From: a virus | Taxonomy: Duplodnaviria > Caudoviricetes | DNA: 64,000 bases | Strand: one strand, 5' to 3' | Virus record (IMG/VR): IMGVR_UViG_3300043105_000102 | Location: 64,001 to 128,000 of that record | Part shown: positions 39,701-48,638 of the stretch, piece after piece | Numbering within the stretch: the stretch's first letter is position 1 | Layout of the letters: every line of letters begins with the position of its first letter | Notes under the pieces: model-generated | The model's database searches: none | What the model was told of the DNA's origin: nothing | Seen by the model: only the letters and a program-made list of their open reading frames with translations | Made by a program: the position numbers and the translations under genes

Positions 39701-40234
39701 ACTTGAAGAACCAGTAACTTTTACTGTATAAGTAACTAAAGTATCCATTGTGGCGTTTGCCAAGAATGTTACATTAGCATCTTGCTGGTAAATAAAAGTC
39801 ATGGGGAAATCGCCCACAAGACTTAAAGTAATGGCCGCACCAGTGCCGCCGCCACTTTCTCCTCCACCGGAACCTGAGCCTGAACCTGTACCACTAACGG
39901 CAAGTAAAGTACACTCAATGCCATCATCATCAGAGGCTAAAACTCTATAAAAGCTGCCATCCACATTAATGATTAAATCATCTTCTTTGGGACGTGCAGA
40001 AGAATCATCCAAACTGTCCCAACTCAAGCTATACGTTCCTTCAGGATTTTCTGTAACGCTTAAAGCAGAAGCATAAAACAAAGAAGCACCACTACCGCCC
40101 ATTACAGTACGCTCATTGTTAGCGTCTAAATAAATCTTACCAGTATCAGTAGCAAAGTAGACATATCCTTCGGAATATTCCTTCTGGTTAATGACTTCAT
40201 CTGTACCTCTAACTGGTCTAAATTTAGTTGCCAT
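33716..40234 (-). CDS. Giant (2172 aa) multidomain tail-region protein: Ig/LamG-like, CotH-like kinase, LRR, Listeria/Bacteroides-type repeats, BspA-type LRR
   Basis: VQGTSSQGYPRRNFK, KADYMDSS.AHN, GMYNYNLDK, DSRGKNLM, YYDIDTQLG; YDFIGW and YRFVGW repeats; IG.SAF..C repeats. Confidence 0.7.
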   Translation of the reverse strand: MATKFRPVRGTDEVINQKEYSEGYVYFATDTGKIYLDANNERTVMGGSGASLFYASALSVTENPEGTYSLSWDSLDDSSARPKEDDLIINVDGSFYRVLASDDDGIECTLLAVSGTGSGSGSGGGESGGGTGAAITLSLVGDFPMTFIYQQDANVTFLANATMDTLVTYTVKVTGSSSATYTYTAYSGQEYSINIGQLLYSGTNKITVTATGENSGSATKSYSSRQSITLALQSSADFNPLQVFSKAKPCTFACMPVGGIEKTLRIYVDGILTVSETVAASINSRTYQVSIPEQTHGAHDIEAVLSANVNGVEVKADSLTYELAWEEDGNTSPIVWIPNGYESSVVNYTDVTLQYMVYDPTADVCETHFYREGVELATSPQNLAYSSTSYLKWTITDYEVGANTYTISVGSSLKQITLYVEEDTSRDMNIITSGLVLNLDSSGRSNNENKTSRQTWEYTNSSDIKTSTTFNNFNWYNNGWITDSEGKSCLRISNGASISIPVTQLSGILNSKVLNTSLAFEFRFKVRNVKEYATLISRTGDADAEDTIASMETNVGVFGKLYGAMGFCLGTQEAYFASQDKVVSARYREDETINLTFVLEAPSAQNNYPLMYIYLNGIMSGISSYNSSSDSFISNANAITFNSDYCDVDLYKLRIYKATLSSADVVHNYIADIKDVNQYDMNQIVSYQNNLPIIDYNLMLEYNVQHPSSPIMPYAVVKTVDADDKLPYVKGGKKAVSVSFRNPTLDYMYENGLISDLDYITSCPSYDYYSTGKSLDVQGTSSQGYPRRNFKFKAKQDGAEWTYTNGPCAGQSLMDGVEIDDKTYKYWYMDNKGIGESTFCWKADYMDSSRAHNSGFASYVSSLYSKHPLQDYGVSDVTGLRTTVYGFPMIVFQEKQDGSIEFVGMYNYNLDKGCKDTYGFTNGGESFVKDSEGNNLTFKKTAECWEFTNNQGLRCSFTKTDFEETNDTYTKATLSSITYEPDIYYTSSNGNYVLATGEFNENETYYSRVIGPLTVNNDFEYRYSASADDIDDCLDGAGDFASMSQSDRNEWMLEKYKNLREVCDWIKSTENDKAKFRNEFALHFDPEYCYIYFITTELLHCYDSRGKNLMLATWGPQKEGGNYIWYPIYYDIDTQLGINNSGVPTWDYNVEPTEANLFSTSNSVLWANLWSEFGDQIKAKYASMRKNNLDIEHLNGYYNFDPEVSKSIAMQGKRPIVLTNVDEYYKYIAPTFTGFINTSGVLTYDSGSFFYCLQGTRELMRYLYLRNRINYVDSKWYGGPYETTAAKTEFWARMDGSYGAATSDRFLYNPELAGQTYTDDAGIEYTYTDTYPVALDATPNFEVRSYLQQYIHGQYDETHTSPVKCDGKTSVTINANDDLLQKYKDTANVTQQLVYFGGGEYIADMGDLGLKYLDELHIPTLKRLESLKVGSDVEGYFNDQLNSNNFSLTDSAYTASGEVNENAKSLLKEVVLTGLRKMDGSIDVTGSEKLESFRALNTSITGVTLADGVQIKTLHLPSTVTTLSLTEPIALTKIIESQKPAASDEGLFIEGLTNESGDTDLTNIETKINTINVIGGNLGYGSYKLLKTATDIKKAMQQKEQVSDGYTKALSINLEDVVWSPYTAVQYGEPYDSGKSYWYDDGRYTLTANYKPSGDSWDTDTLNGKVYEYTAGLEFNTIQTLDLFKTYIDSYKTAYEKYEADGDRSLNYFQNTSATASAPTIPNITGIVYVDNNSGDAYDEADIQNEYLTYFPNLTIFCGKVKEGYLAQFVTVADNGAETIVETQRISTSVSDAKVALPQVTPTRINYDFIGWANASGRVLTDEEIQECAFSDTITKYVFYAVFEKHRYTTSYCDTQGNVLTTVETVYGERLTAPSLLPVTDESSLGDYERYRFVGWVVDQSDCFQKSISAANNVVVDIESITAQNVNRVFYACFVLEDPRLSATDDKYFSFNLTTYSDGSDSSYNFANGAGYQVAPAAGYQLQGKITIPATYNGLPVISVVGFDNQENLTHIFWYGTPQLRLIGASAFQDCRKLVYYQFTSGLRQIGQSAFSGDSALKTFEFPQTLAVIDQYAFNGALQSDTQVEQLLIPGEVNTVGQFAFAYLNNLANGIKLLSIGDSAHSSKLSTIGRNAFSQNTGTPIQDVVTYGLSESMKQYFNDSEYINYTGTISHL

Positions 40235-40262
40235 ACGGTATCTCCTTTCTATCTTTTATATA

Positions 40263-40297
40263 AAAAGTAGGGCGGAAATAGAACTTCCCGCCCTACG
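40263..40297 (-). terminator. Hairpin (terminator or 5' leader stem)
   Basis: GTAGGGCGG...CCGCCCTAC followed by TTTTT on the - strand. Confidence 0.6.
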
Positions 40298-40333
40298 TCT
40301 CTAGTAAGAGTAAAAATTAAATCGCGTTAATTA

Positions 40334-42022
40334 TCAAAATGTGCCCCAGACCATATCAATTTGAAGTCCCGCAGCCTTAGTAGTGCCGCCACTTGCAGTA
40401 GCACGGTTATCATTATCAGTAATAGATAAAGACTCACTACTTAAAGTAAAATTGCCAGCTTTGGAGGTGGAAGAACCAGCGGAGTTCTTTGTGGTCACAG
40501 TGGATTTGATAACGCCAACACTAGCTGTACCAGAAGTATAAACGCTTGTATCATAAGCGTTAGAATCAACGGCGCTATTGGTATCGGTCACAGTATAACT
40601 AGTTGTTTCAACCCCAGTAACATGGCCGGCGCTATCTACGGTAACTCCTGTAATTGCCGGAATAGTTAAGCTACTGACTTTTCCTTGTGTCTGAGCAGTT
40701 CCAGTAGTATTAGACTGAGTAACTGTCTGGTGAGAAATCTTTAAAGATACTGTATCGCCGGAAGCTCCAGAAGTGTTGGTGGGAGTAACAAGGATTCCGC
40801 CACTTGTTTTAGTAGAAGCGTCATCACCAACAACTGTTAAAGTACCAACGTCGGCTCCAGTGCTACTTCTAAGTTTAATGCCGCCGCCATTAGTAGCAGT
40901 AGTTTGTAAGAACTTAAAAGTGGTATCTGTATCGGTCGTAGACTCAACAATATCGTAAGTTAAAGTGCTACTTGTGATTTTACCAGTTGAATCCTCTGTG
41001 CCGCGAGCTATAAGCAGCGTACCTACAGACAGATTCTTACCGCCATAAGTAATTCCAGTAGTACTAATTAAGAAGGTATCACCAATCGAAACATCGGAAG
41101 TAGGCAGCGCCGCAAAGGTTGCGCCAGTTGTACCTACAGTACCTCTATATGTCATTGCATTGAGGACTCTTAAAGTTTCATCAACTTCGGCCTTAGTATA
41201 AACACTTAAAGTCGCTGTACCATTAGCAAAACTTGCGGAACTATCTCCATTAGCGCCATAAGCAATCTTAGGAGCAACAGTACCTGTAACAGTTTTGCCA
41301 TAGTTATCAGTTACGGTAATTTTAAAACCATCGGTCTGATTAGCAATAGTCAAAGAGCTGTTCTGAGAATCCTTGGCCGCTATACTAATAACTCCATTAG
41401 ACTGGCTAATGGTAACATTGTTATTATTCTTTGCATCGGCGGCCGGGGCCAAAGTTACCGTAGTATCATTGTCGGTATTAGCAGAATTTAACTGAATATC
41501 AACACCGGAAGTCGCATTATCGGCGGTGCCTAAAGAATACTTATCTCCAGTAATGGTAAGAGTTGTACCTGTGCCGGAAATGGTAACACCATTCGCGCCA
41601 ACAACACTAAAACTAGCCTCTTTATAAGAATTATCACTAGAAGAAACTTTATTAGTAACTGTGCCGTCACTAGCTACACTAAATTCATTACCAGAAATCG
41701 TTGTATTAGTATTGGCATTGATTTGCACCCATTGAGAGCCATTATAAACACACAAGATATTGCTGCCAGACACATAGTAGAAACGTCCAGTATTTGCAAC
41801 TTTATCAGTCGCAGAGCTAAGTGTGGGTAAATCACTCAGCGAACTAACTGTTACAACACCTTCGTTCACAGGCATCAGAGAAGTATCTGATTTACCAATA
41901 TACAGTCTGTTAGTATCAGAAGTCAGATAAAAGCTACCTTCTACAGCACCTGCTTTTGTGCCTAATGCAATAAGTTCATCAACTTTGGATTGTAAGCCAA
42001 GTTTAAAACCTACATTTGCCAT
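40334..42022 (-). CDS. Tail fibre/collar-like structural protein
   Basis: T/S/G-rich beta repeats; EGSFYLTSDTNRLYIG anchor motif; AMTYRGTV; VDSAGHVT. Confidence 0.6.
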   Translation of the reverse strand: MANVGFKLGLQSKVDELIALGTKAGAVEGSFYLTSDTNRLYIGKSDTSLMPVNEGVVTVSSLSDLPTLSSATDKVANTGRFYYVSGSNILCVYNGSQWVQINANTNTTISGNEFSVASDGTVTNKVSSSDNSYKEASFSVVGANGVTISGTGTTLTITGDKYSLGTADNATSGVDIQLNSANTDNDTTVTLAPAADAKNNNNVTISQSNGVISIAAKDSQNSSLTIANQTDGFKITVTDNYGKTVTGTVAPKIAYGANGDSSASFANGTATLSVYTKAEVDETLRVLNAMTYRGTVGTTGATFAALPTSDVSIGDTFLISTTGITYGGKNLSVGTLLIARGTEDSTGKITSSTLTYDIVESTTDTDTTFKFLQTTATNGGGIKLRSSTGADVGTLTVVGDDASTKTSGGILVTPTNTSGASGDTVSLKISHQTVTQSNTTGTAQTQGKVSSLTIPAITGVTVDSAGHVTGVETTSYTVTDTNSAVDSNAYDTSVYTSGTASVGVIKSTVTTKNSAGSSTSKAGNFTLSSESLSITDNDNRATASGGTTKAAGLQIDMVWGTF

Positions 42023-42050
42023 TATTTTGTCTCCTTTCTTTTAAATATTA

Positions 42051-42962
42051 TTATTCATCGGAAACTAAGTCTTGCCATTTTAGTCTATTATCAATTGAAG
42101 TAACTGTCTCGCTCAAACTATCATAATTATTACTTAAATTAGTAAACGAATTATCCAGTTTAGTGTAATTAGCTCTTAAGTCTGAGACTACTGCTACTAA
42201 ACCTTGAGTGGCATCTGTACCATTAATAATATCATTTAAATCAGAAACAGTTTCAACTAATCCTGTAGTCTCTTCTGTTCCATTAACCGTATCCTCTAAA
42301 GCCCCAACTCTGTTAGAGAGTTCAACTACATCAGATACATCTCCTTGATTGGTTATCCAATCGGCAATTTCTTTTAAAGTATCAAACTCCTCGGGAGCGT
42401 TGGCAACTATTTTTGCAACTTCATCGGCGGCTATACTTCTAATAGAACCTGTATCGCCGGCTAATAAAGTAGCAAATTGAGAAGTTGTACTTTCTTCAAA
42501 TTTTGCTAGTTCTTCGGAAAGTTCTTCAGTGGGGTTCGCCCAAGTGGCATCCCCTCTTAAAAACAGATTTTGTTCTCCCGCTTTTGGAGTAGGAACTAAG
42601 CCAGAAACGCCATTGTCATCAGCAGTAGCTCCAACCATCTCAGAAACAAGAGTTTGTAAAACGTTTTCCAAAGGACGATTTACCCAAGCTTTTTGAGCGC
42701 TATCATAAACGAGCAAAGAATTAGTGGGGATGCCCTCGGAAAGAATAACATCAGATAGTTCGTTTAAACTAGTAATGTTAATATCTCCGCTGCCACTAAT
42801 AAGCTTTTCTCCTAAGTATAATTTACCAGAGAGCGCATTGGCTTCAGATATGAAGTACAGGGTATCAGAGTCTTTAGTCTCTAAGCTTGCCCAAGCGGTA
42901 GGAGTGCCGCGTATAAACTTAACATATCCACCAAGTTGAGTTATATATGCCAAATTAACCAT
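42051..42962 (-). CDS. Fibre/whisker-like protein with C-terminal coiled coil
   Basis: VKFIRGT...DTLYFI anchor; GLVPTP..G...FLRGDATW; APEEFDTLKEIADWI; heptad tail. Confidence 0.6.
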   Translation of the reverse strand: MVNLAYITQLGGYVKFIRGTPTAWASLETKDSDTLYFISEANALSGKLYLGEKLISGSGDINITSLNELSDVILSEGIPTNSLLVYDSAQKAWVNRPLENVLQTLVSEMVGATADDNGVSGLVPTPKAGEQNLFLRGDATWANPTEELSEELAKFEESTTSQFATLLAGDTGSIRSIAADEVAKIVANAPEEFDTLKEIADWITNQGDVSDVVELSNRVGALEDTVNGTEETTGLVETVSDLNDIINGTDATQGLVAVVSDLRANYTKLDNSFTNLSNNYDSLSETVTSIDNRLKWQDLVSDE

Positions 42963-43015
42963 CCTCCTTTACTTAAATCTCCTACAGTTCCTGAAAAAAC
43001 TTTTTCCCAAATTAA

Positions 43016-44761
43016 TCAGCTCTGGCCCAGTCTAATAAGTTCTAAAGAATATTCTGCATTAGAATAATTTTCATCTGAGGTTCGCAAAGCAACACAATAA
43101 TTTCCTTCTTCTGTAATGTCAAAAGTGCCGGAACTACTTGTTTTATAATCATATATACCGCTGGAAGTTTCATCTTCTAAATTTTTATAAATCAGCAAAG
43201 TAATATCAGGAGAAGTCTTTGTCTTTTTAGTAATACTTAACTGGTATGTTCCAAGAGAGAGAGCTAAATGATAATCTTTTGCGTTAGATAAGTCACTTGA
43301 AGATGCTGTAAACTTTCCTTTTAGGCTTTTAGTATAATCGTTGCCACTGCTACTTTTCCCATTTATGATAATAGAATTTGTACCAGAGTATTTAATTTCT
43401 ATACCATCTGTCCACTCTACAAAATCATCAATTCCACTAGCTGTTCCTATTCCTCTATATGGATAAACCAGAAGATTAACATCAGATGGAGTCTCAGAAA
43501 CTCTTTTTCTATAATCAGGTCTTATAATCAATTCTATTTCATAATAATGTTTATCTTCTGAATTGTTGATAAGATTCGACCGATAAATTACACTATGACC
43601 ATTTCCGCCATTATATCTATAGTCTTTTGCGCCCGTACAATGATAATAATATTCTGTATTTTCAGAAACCATTGCAATATGAGAAATACCTTTAAACCGT
43701 CTTTTCTGAGTTTCTGAGGCACTGCCTTTTGCCCAGAAAATTAAATCTCCCGGACGTAATTCCTCTATTACTGCTTTGGCTTCATCATCACTACCTATAT
43801 AACCACTACTAGCGTCAAAAATTATATATCCATTCCTATAGAAATATTCTGCATAATCCGCTGCAAAGCGTAAGGAGCTTCTTCCAGAATAGCCTATATT
43901 ACTATAAGCTCCTTCCGGCTGATAATCCAATGCTTTAAATTCCCAGCCATCATTTCCGTAGTTTAAACTCCAATTATCAGAAGTACCAGTTCTAGATTGG
44001 CGCACAGCGCTTAAAGGATGAAAAGAAGATAAACTAAAGCTAGAAGACAAGTCTGCGTTTAGGAAAGTGGCCTTTGGCGCAGGAATACCCCCAATTAAAT
44101 TAGAAGAATTTTTATTAAAATCAAAAGCCTCTTGAATAGGTTCTATTAAGTCACTCAATTCTTCTCTACTTTTTAACTTATTATTTATGAAATTTTGAAT
44201 ATTACTTTCTGTAATAGCTAAGTCGTTCGTCTTTAAATATTCCCAAAGTGTTTTATTCAAATTTTCTATTCCATCAGAACCATGATATTGGCCGCAACTT
44301 ATAATAGGCCACTCATAAGAATCTGTATGAACAAAACATGAATTTTCATAAGGGATGTTCCGCAAGCACAATCCTATAAAAGCCGAACAATCCAAAAGGG
44401 CATAACCATCAGTACTACGAACCATACACATGGCCGAACCATCATCATTTTCGGAAAACATATTCTGTGAAGAATATTCAAACTTATCTGTTCCAGATTT
44501 TACTGCGAAGTAATAAGAAGCTGCGGCGGCCGCAGCTCTATAACCGTAATAATTTGACATATCTTCAACATCATCATCGGGGGAATAGCTATTCATCTTT
44601 TGAAGCTTGTTAATAGACTCAATGGCCGCGGGGAAGTTACTCCCCGCGATACCACCAAGATATTCTTCTGAATCAGTTTTTAAATGAATAGCTTCTAACA
44701 TATCAACCATAGTAGACTTTTTAATTAGCCCGTATTCTTTGTTAATATCTTCTATATTCAT
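43016..44761 (-). CDS. NlpC/P60-type cysteine peptidase domain protein with C-terminal beta domain
   Basis: LDCSAFIG (Cys), LRPGDLIFW, ISHIAMV (His). Confidence 0.7.
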   Translation of the reverse strand: MNIEDINKEYGLIKKSTMVDMLEAIHLKTDSEEYLGGIAGSNFPAAIESINKLQKMNSYSPDDDVEDMSNYYGYRAAAAAASYYFAVKSGTDKFEYSSQNMFSENDDGSAMCMVRSTDGYALLDCSAFIGLCLRNIPYENSCFVHTDSYEWPIISCGQYHGSDGIENLNKTLWEYLKTNDLAITESNIQNFINNKLKSREELSDLIEPIQEAFDFNKNSSNLIGGIPAPKATFLNADLSSSFSLSSFHPLSAVRQSRTGTSDNWSLNYGNDGWEFKALDYQPEGAYSNIGYSGRSSLRFAADYAEYFYRNGYIIFDASSGYIGSDDEAKAVIEELRPGDLIFWAKGSASETQKRRFKGISHIAMVSENTEYYYHCTGAKDYRYNGGNGHSVIYRSNLINNSEDKHYYEIELIIRPDYRKRVSETPSDVNLLVYPYRGIGTASGIDDFVEWTDGIEIKYSGTNSIIINGKSSSGNDYTKSLKGKFTASSSDLSNAKDYHLALSLGTYQLSITKKTKTSPDITLLIYKNLEDETSSGIYDYKTSSSGTFDITEEGNYCVALRTSDENYSNAEYSLELIRLGQS

Positions 44762-44763
44762 AT

Positions 44764-47700
44764 TTAGTTACCTCCTTCTGTAATTTCAGAGGTTTCAAAG
44801 TTTACCAATCCTTCAAGAGCAGTTTTTAAAGTTGCAACTTCACTCTCTAAAGCAGTAACTCTATTTTGTAAGGCTTCCAGATTAGCAGGGTCTAATTCCA
44901 AAATGCGGCTTTCTAATTTACTTATGGCCGCCAATAAGGAGTCAGTTTCTAAAATATCTCCTGTGGCACTTCTGGAATAACCTTCCAACTTAACTCTATT
45001 TAATCCAGCAGAGTTAATTCTTCCAAAAGAATCAGTCATTAAGATTTTATTTGCTTCAAGCTTATCAAACTTAACAAAAATATCATTTAAAGTATTCAGA
45101 GCGCCTTGAACCGTTCTTGTGTCTCTGGTTAAAGTATCACCGGTATTTAATACCTGGTTAATCTTTAAAAGCAATCCATGAATAGTATTTAAATATCTGG
45201 CAAATTCTGGAAGAACGACCATTTCATATTTTTCTTTTCTGGTTCCCAAAGTCACAGTATTGGGAATAGCCGTAATGTTTGAGTTCCAATATGCCCCCGA
45301 CTTAAAGTTATTAGAAGTATCTTCTATTACATATACAAAATCTCTTGAATATAAAGTACCTTCGGGCCGCAAATCAGAAGTGGCTAATTCATAATCGGAA
45401 ATATTTCCAGAAGAATCGTAAATAGCCTGATAATATTTATACGGCTCATAATATACTTGGTCTATCTTTTCTAATCCAGATATTGTATAATACCCATCTC
45501 TCTTTTTCGTGGTATAATGGTCTAAAATATAGTTTTTATAAGCCTTGCCATCTTCTTCCACGGTTGCTAAGTAATGATAAAAATGCGGCTCGTAGAAAGA
45601 CTGCTGGGCCTCAAGCGCCCAAGTTTCAAAGTCAGTTTTAACAGGAATAGTTAATTTCTGTTCTTCTGTTAATCCAGTATCGTCCTCATAATCATAGTAG
45701 AAGAAAGGTGTATTATTCTTTATCATATATCCCCAAGCAAAATAAGTGGCGGAACCAGTGGGGTCAATATCGGGTCTTGAAACCAATTGGTACTGTAAAA
45801 TTGTAGTTTGATTTGTGTCAAAGACTGGCGAATAGAAAGTATTATCATGATAGTTAATAAGAGTTAAAGGAGTAGGATCCATCTCATATTGGTTAGCGGG
45901 CATCGGCACAAGAGTCTCTTTCTTTTCATAATAAGTCAAATTAGGATTATAATCTCCGCCAATCAAGAGGTAAGTATCACCAGATTTTACATAATAGAAT
46001 CCGGGTAAATAATCAGAAGCATCAGCAAAAGTAATTACTTCATAAGATTCTTCTTTAGTAAAGATTTCGCCATTAACTGTAACTTGGCCGGGTTTCAAAG
46101 CATAATAGACTCTGTTAGGAACCAAACTTGAACTATTATCAACTTGATAAGTACCAGTTTCATCTTTATAGTAATACTTTCCGGGAACATAAATTCTTAA
46201 TTTGGTAGAATTAACGTCAACTATCTTCTTCTGGTCGATAGTATAATAATGGCGCACCACTCGTTCTCCAGTTACAGAATCTATATAAGGGTCGTCATTA
46301 GTATCTAGGACATAAGCGTCATCTAATAAATAATAGTATTTGTTAGGTTCATATCCTTCCTCAACCTCATGTTCTGTAACTTCTCCTATTGTATAGTAAT
46401 CTCTATCAGAATGGTAAGTACTATCTTGTAAGTAGTCCATCATCTCAGGAGTAGTTGCATAAGGGCTTCCCGTATAATCTTGATAGTAATATTTTGTACC
46501 ATCAAAGTCAGGCAAATCCTCACTGCCATAAGTTTCATTTTTATTGAGAACCTTTATATAATAAGTAGCCCCTTCGGTATACTGTTTAATAGGATTGCCT
46601 TTACTATCATAATACAAAAATGAGTCAAAATCTTCCTCAGAAACGTCAACCTTTTTATAAGTATAATCAGTAAGTTCCTCAAAGTCATAAGTTAAATGTT
46701 TACGCAAATAAGTACTTTCCTCTTGGTTGAAATAGATACGATCTTCACTCAAAATGCTCATATTTTCTTCAAAATAGTCAGTACTTTCAATAGGAGTAAT
46801 AATCATACCCATTAAATCATGAACAGAATTGATACACCCGGCTATAGTATTAACCTCAGAAGTATTATAAGCGCTTTGGGCTTCATCGTGCCCAACCATA
46901 CGTAAACCTTTTCTATCTAAAACGCCTTTGGCATTCTCCCAGCTTATATCTAAATTCCTTTTGTTGGTTTTAGAAATTGTCTCATTGGTATCTCGGCCGC
47001 CATATACCACATCCCAAATTTGGGCAATTGTATTTCCAAGAGAAGGAAGAATGACAGAAAGTTCTTGAGTATCTGGCTCAACCGATATATTAGTGGTACC
47101 ATCGTGATTACTATAGGTATGGCCGCTATTGCCAGAAGGTTGAATTGAAATGGTATCAGCTACTGGGCCAGCTTTGCCCTTTTCGCCCCAACCAGAATAC
47201 ACTTTATCATCACTATAACTAATCTTTTCTGAGTCAAACCCATCTTTGTTATAATAAATGGCGGCGGGCTGGGGTATCAATATATCATCGTCAGTTAGCG
47301 TATCTTCTTTAACCCATTGACCGGTATTAGCGACTTTATCAAATAAGAAAATGTTTTTAGACGCCACATTAGTTTTAGAATCAAATTCATTAGCTCTCCA
47401 AAAGACAGATTCATCAGAAGGATAATCTTTTGTATCAGTCGTTAAAGAGGTGTAAGAACCATAATTAGAACCGTCAGTGTTAAGGATAGGCCCTTTCGTA
47501 TCTTTTGAGGAACCTTTAACTCTGAATCCCCAAGAAGGTTGCCAGTGTAACTTATAATAAACATTAGTACTGTCTGTATCTAGATGGGGCGTTAGAGGTA
47601 CTGTAGTGGGGGCATCAGCGGCCAAATCAAAAATGGGGGTTATAGTATTTAACTCAGCTACTTTCACATACCGCTCTGAACCATTTGAAAAGACCTTTTG

Positions 47701-48261
47701 CCATACCGTAGAATCATATCCTCGCCCATTTCCATAGAACGCTGTATCAATTCCATAGTTCAAAAGATAATCTTTATCAGATTTAGAGATAAATTCAAAG
47801 GCCGCATACCCTTCTTCATCTTCTCCTGTACAAAGCCAAAATTCATCATTTTCCAAAATTTCATCAACGGAATTTTGAGAGGGCGGAATTATAATAATTA
47901 AGTTTTTAGTAACTGTTATACCAGAGATAATGTTACCTAACTTAACACGAGTATCAATTTCAGCATTTTTGCTTGTATAAAAGCCTATTTTTAATTCTTT
48001 TTCTTCTTCTTCCTCGTCCTCTTGTTCGGTATCCTTATCTTCCTCTTCTTCTTCCGTACTCTTTTCTTCTGGAACATAGCTTTTAAATAAGGACAAGAAA
48101 TAGTCTCTATTGGTTGAATTATCATATTCAACCAATACATAGCGGCCAATCATAATTTTATCTAACCCGGCGCGCAAATCCATCTCATAACGATTAGCAT
48201 AAAATTTGTCAAAAGAAAAAGTAGTTCTTGCCGTATTGGTTATATTGCCGTAAAAGCTCAC
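44764..48261 (-). CDS. Large structural protein with Tyr-rich repeats and a C-terminal coiled coil
   Basis: GTG start; many Y.P..YY repeats; RGYDSTVWQK; TDSLLAAISKLE fibre motif. Confidence 0.65.
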   Translation of the reverse strand: MSFYGNITNTARTTFSFDKFYANRYEMDLRAGLDKIMIGRYVLVEYDNSTNRDYFLSLFKSYVPEEKSTEEEEEDKDTEQEDEEEEEKELKIGFYTSKNAEIDTRVKLGNIISGITVTKNLIIIIPPSQNSVDEILENDEFWLCTGEDEEGYAAFEFISKSDKDYLLNYGIDTAFYGNGRGYDSTVWQKVFSNGSERYVKVAELNTITPIFDLAADAPTTVPLTPHLDTDSTNVYYKLHWQPSWGFRVKGSSKDTKGPILNTDGSNYGSYTSLTTDTKDYPSDESVFWRANEFDSKTNVASKNIFLFDKVANTGQWVKEDTLTDDDILIPQPAAIYYNKDGFDSEKISYSDDKVYSGWGEKGKAGPVADTISIQPSGNSGHTYSNHDGTTNISVEPDTQELSVILPSLGNTIAQIWDVVYGGRDTNETISKTNKRNLDISWENAKGVLDRKGLRMVGHDEAQSAYNTSEVNTIAGCINSVHDLMGMIITPIESTDYFEENMSILSEDRIYFNQEESTYLRKHLTYDFEELTDYTYKKVDVSEEDFDSFLYYDSKGNPIKQYTEGATYYIKVLNKNETYGSEDLPDFDGTKYYYQDYTGSPYATTPEMMDYLQDSTYHSDRDYYTIGEVTEHEVEEGYEPNKYYYLLDDAYVLDTNDDPYIDSVTGERVVRHYYTIDQKKIVDVNSTKLRIYVPGKYYYKDETGTYQVDNSSSLVPNRVYYALKPGQVTVNGEIFTKEESYEVITFADASDYLPGFYYVKSGDTYLLIGGDYNPNLTYYEKKETLVPMPANQYEMDPTPLTLINYHDNTFYSPVFDTNQTTILQYQLVSRPDIDPTGSATYFAWGYMIKNNTPFFYYDYEDDTGLTEEQKLTIPVKTDFETWALEAQQSFYEPHFYHYLATVEEDGKAYKNYILDHYTTKKRDGYYTISGLEKIDQVYYEPYKYYQAIYDSSGNISDYELATSDLRPEGTLYSRDFVYVIEDTSNNFKSGAYWNSNITAIPNTVTLGTRKEKYEMVVLPEFARYLNTIHGLLLKINQVLNTGDTLTRDTRTVQGALNTLNDIFVKFDKLEANKILMTDSFGRINSAGLNRVKLEGYSRSATGDILETDSLLAAISKLESRILELDPANLEALQNRVTALESEVATLKTALEGLVNFETSEITEGGN

Positions 48262-48263
48262 TC

Positions 48264-48623
48264 TCAGTCACCCCCATCATAAACTATATCAACAATCAAA
48301 TAAGCATTTTCATTTTCATTGATTGTTTTCATAGAAGTTACGTCAAATTGAAGGCTACTAATTTGAGTTTGACCGTCCAAAGTTAATTCAAAAATACCAG
48401 TAGAACCTATAATAACGCTATCTATAGCATTGTTTAAATAAAATTTAGTTCCCGGAAAAGCTTGAATGCCAAGCTGTAAAATGGGGACACTGTCTTCGAA
48501 AACTTTGCCACTTACATAATGGTATAAAGTAAGTTGTTCATCTTCTACATACGAAGGTTGGTTCCTAGAAGTCTCAGAACTACCATCGTTGTAATATCTA
48601 AATTGTTTTACTTTTTTCGACAT
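48264..48623 (-). CDS. Hypothetical structural protein
   Basis: QLGIQAFPGTKFYLN...IGSTGIFEL; GGAG RBS. Confidence 0.65.
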   Translation of the reverse strand: MSKKVKQFRYYNDGSSETSRNQPSYVEDEQLTLYHYVSGKVFEDSVPILQLGIQAFPGTKFYLNNAIDSVIIGSTGIFELTLDGQTQISSLQFDVTSMKTINENENAYLIVDIVYDGGD

Positions 48624-48638
48624 TCTCCTCTTACTCCT

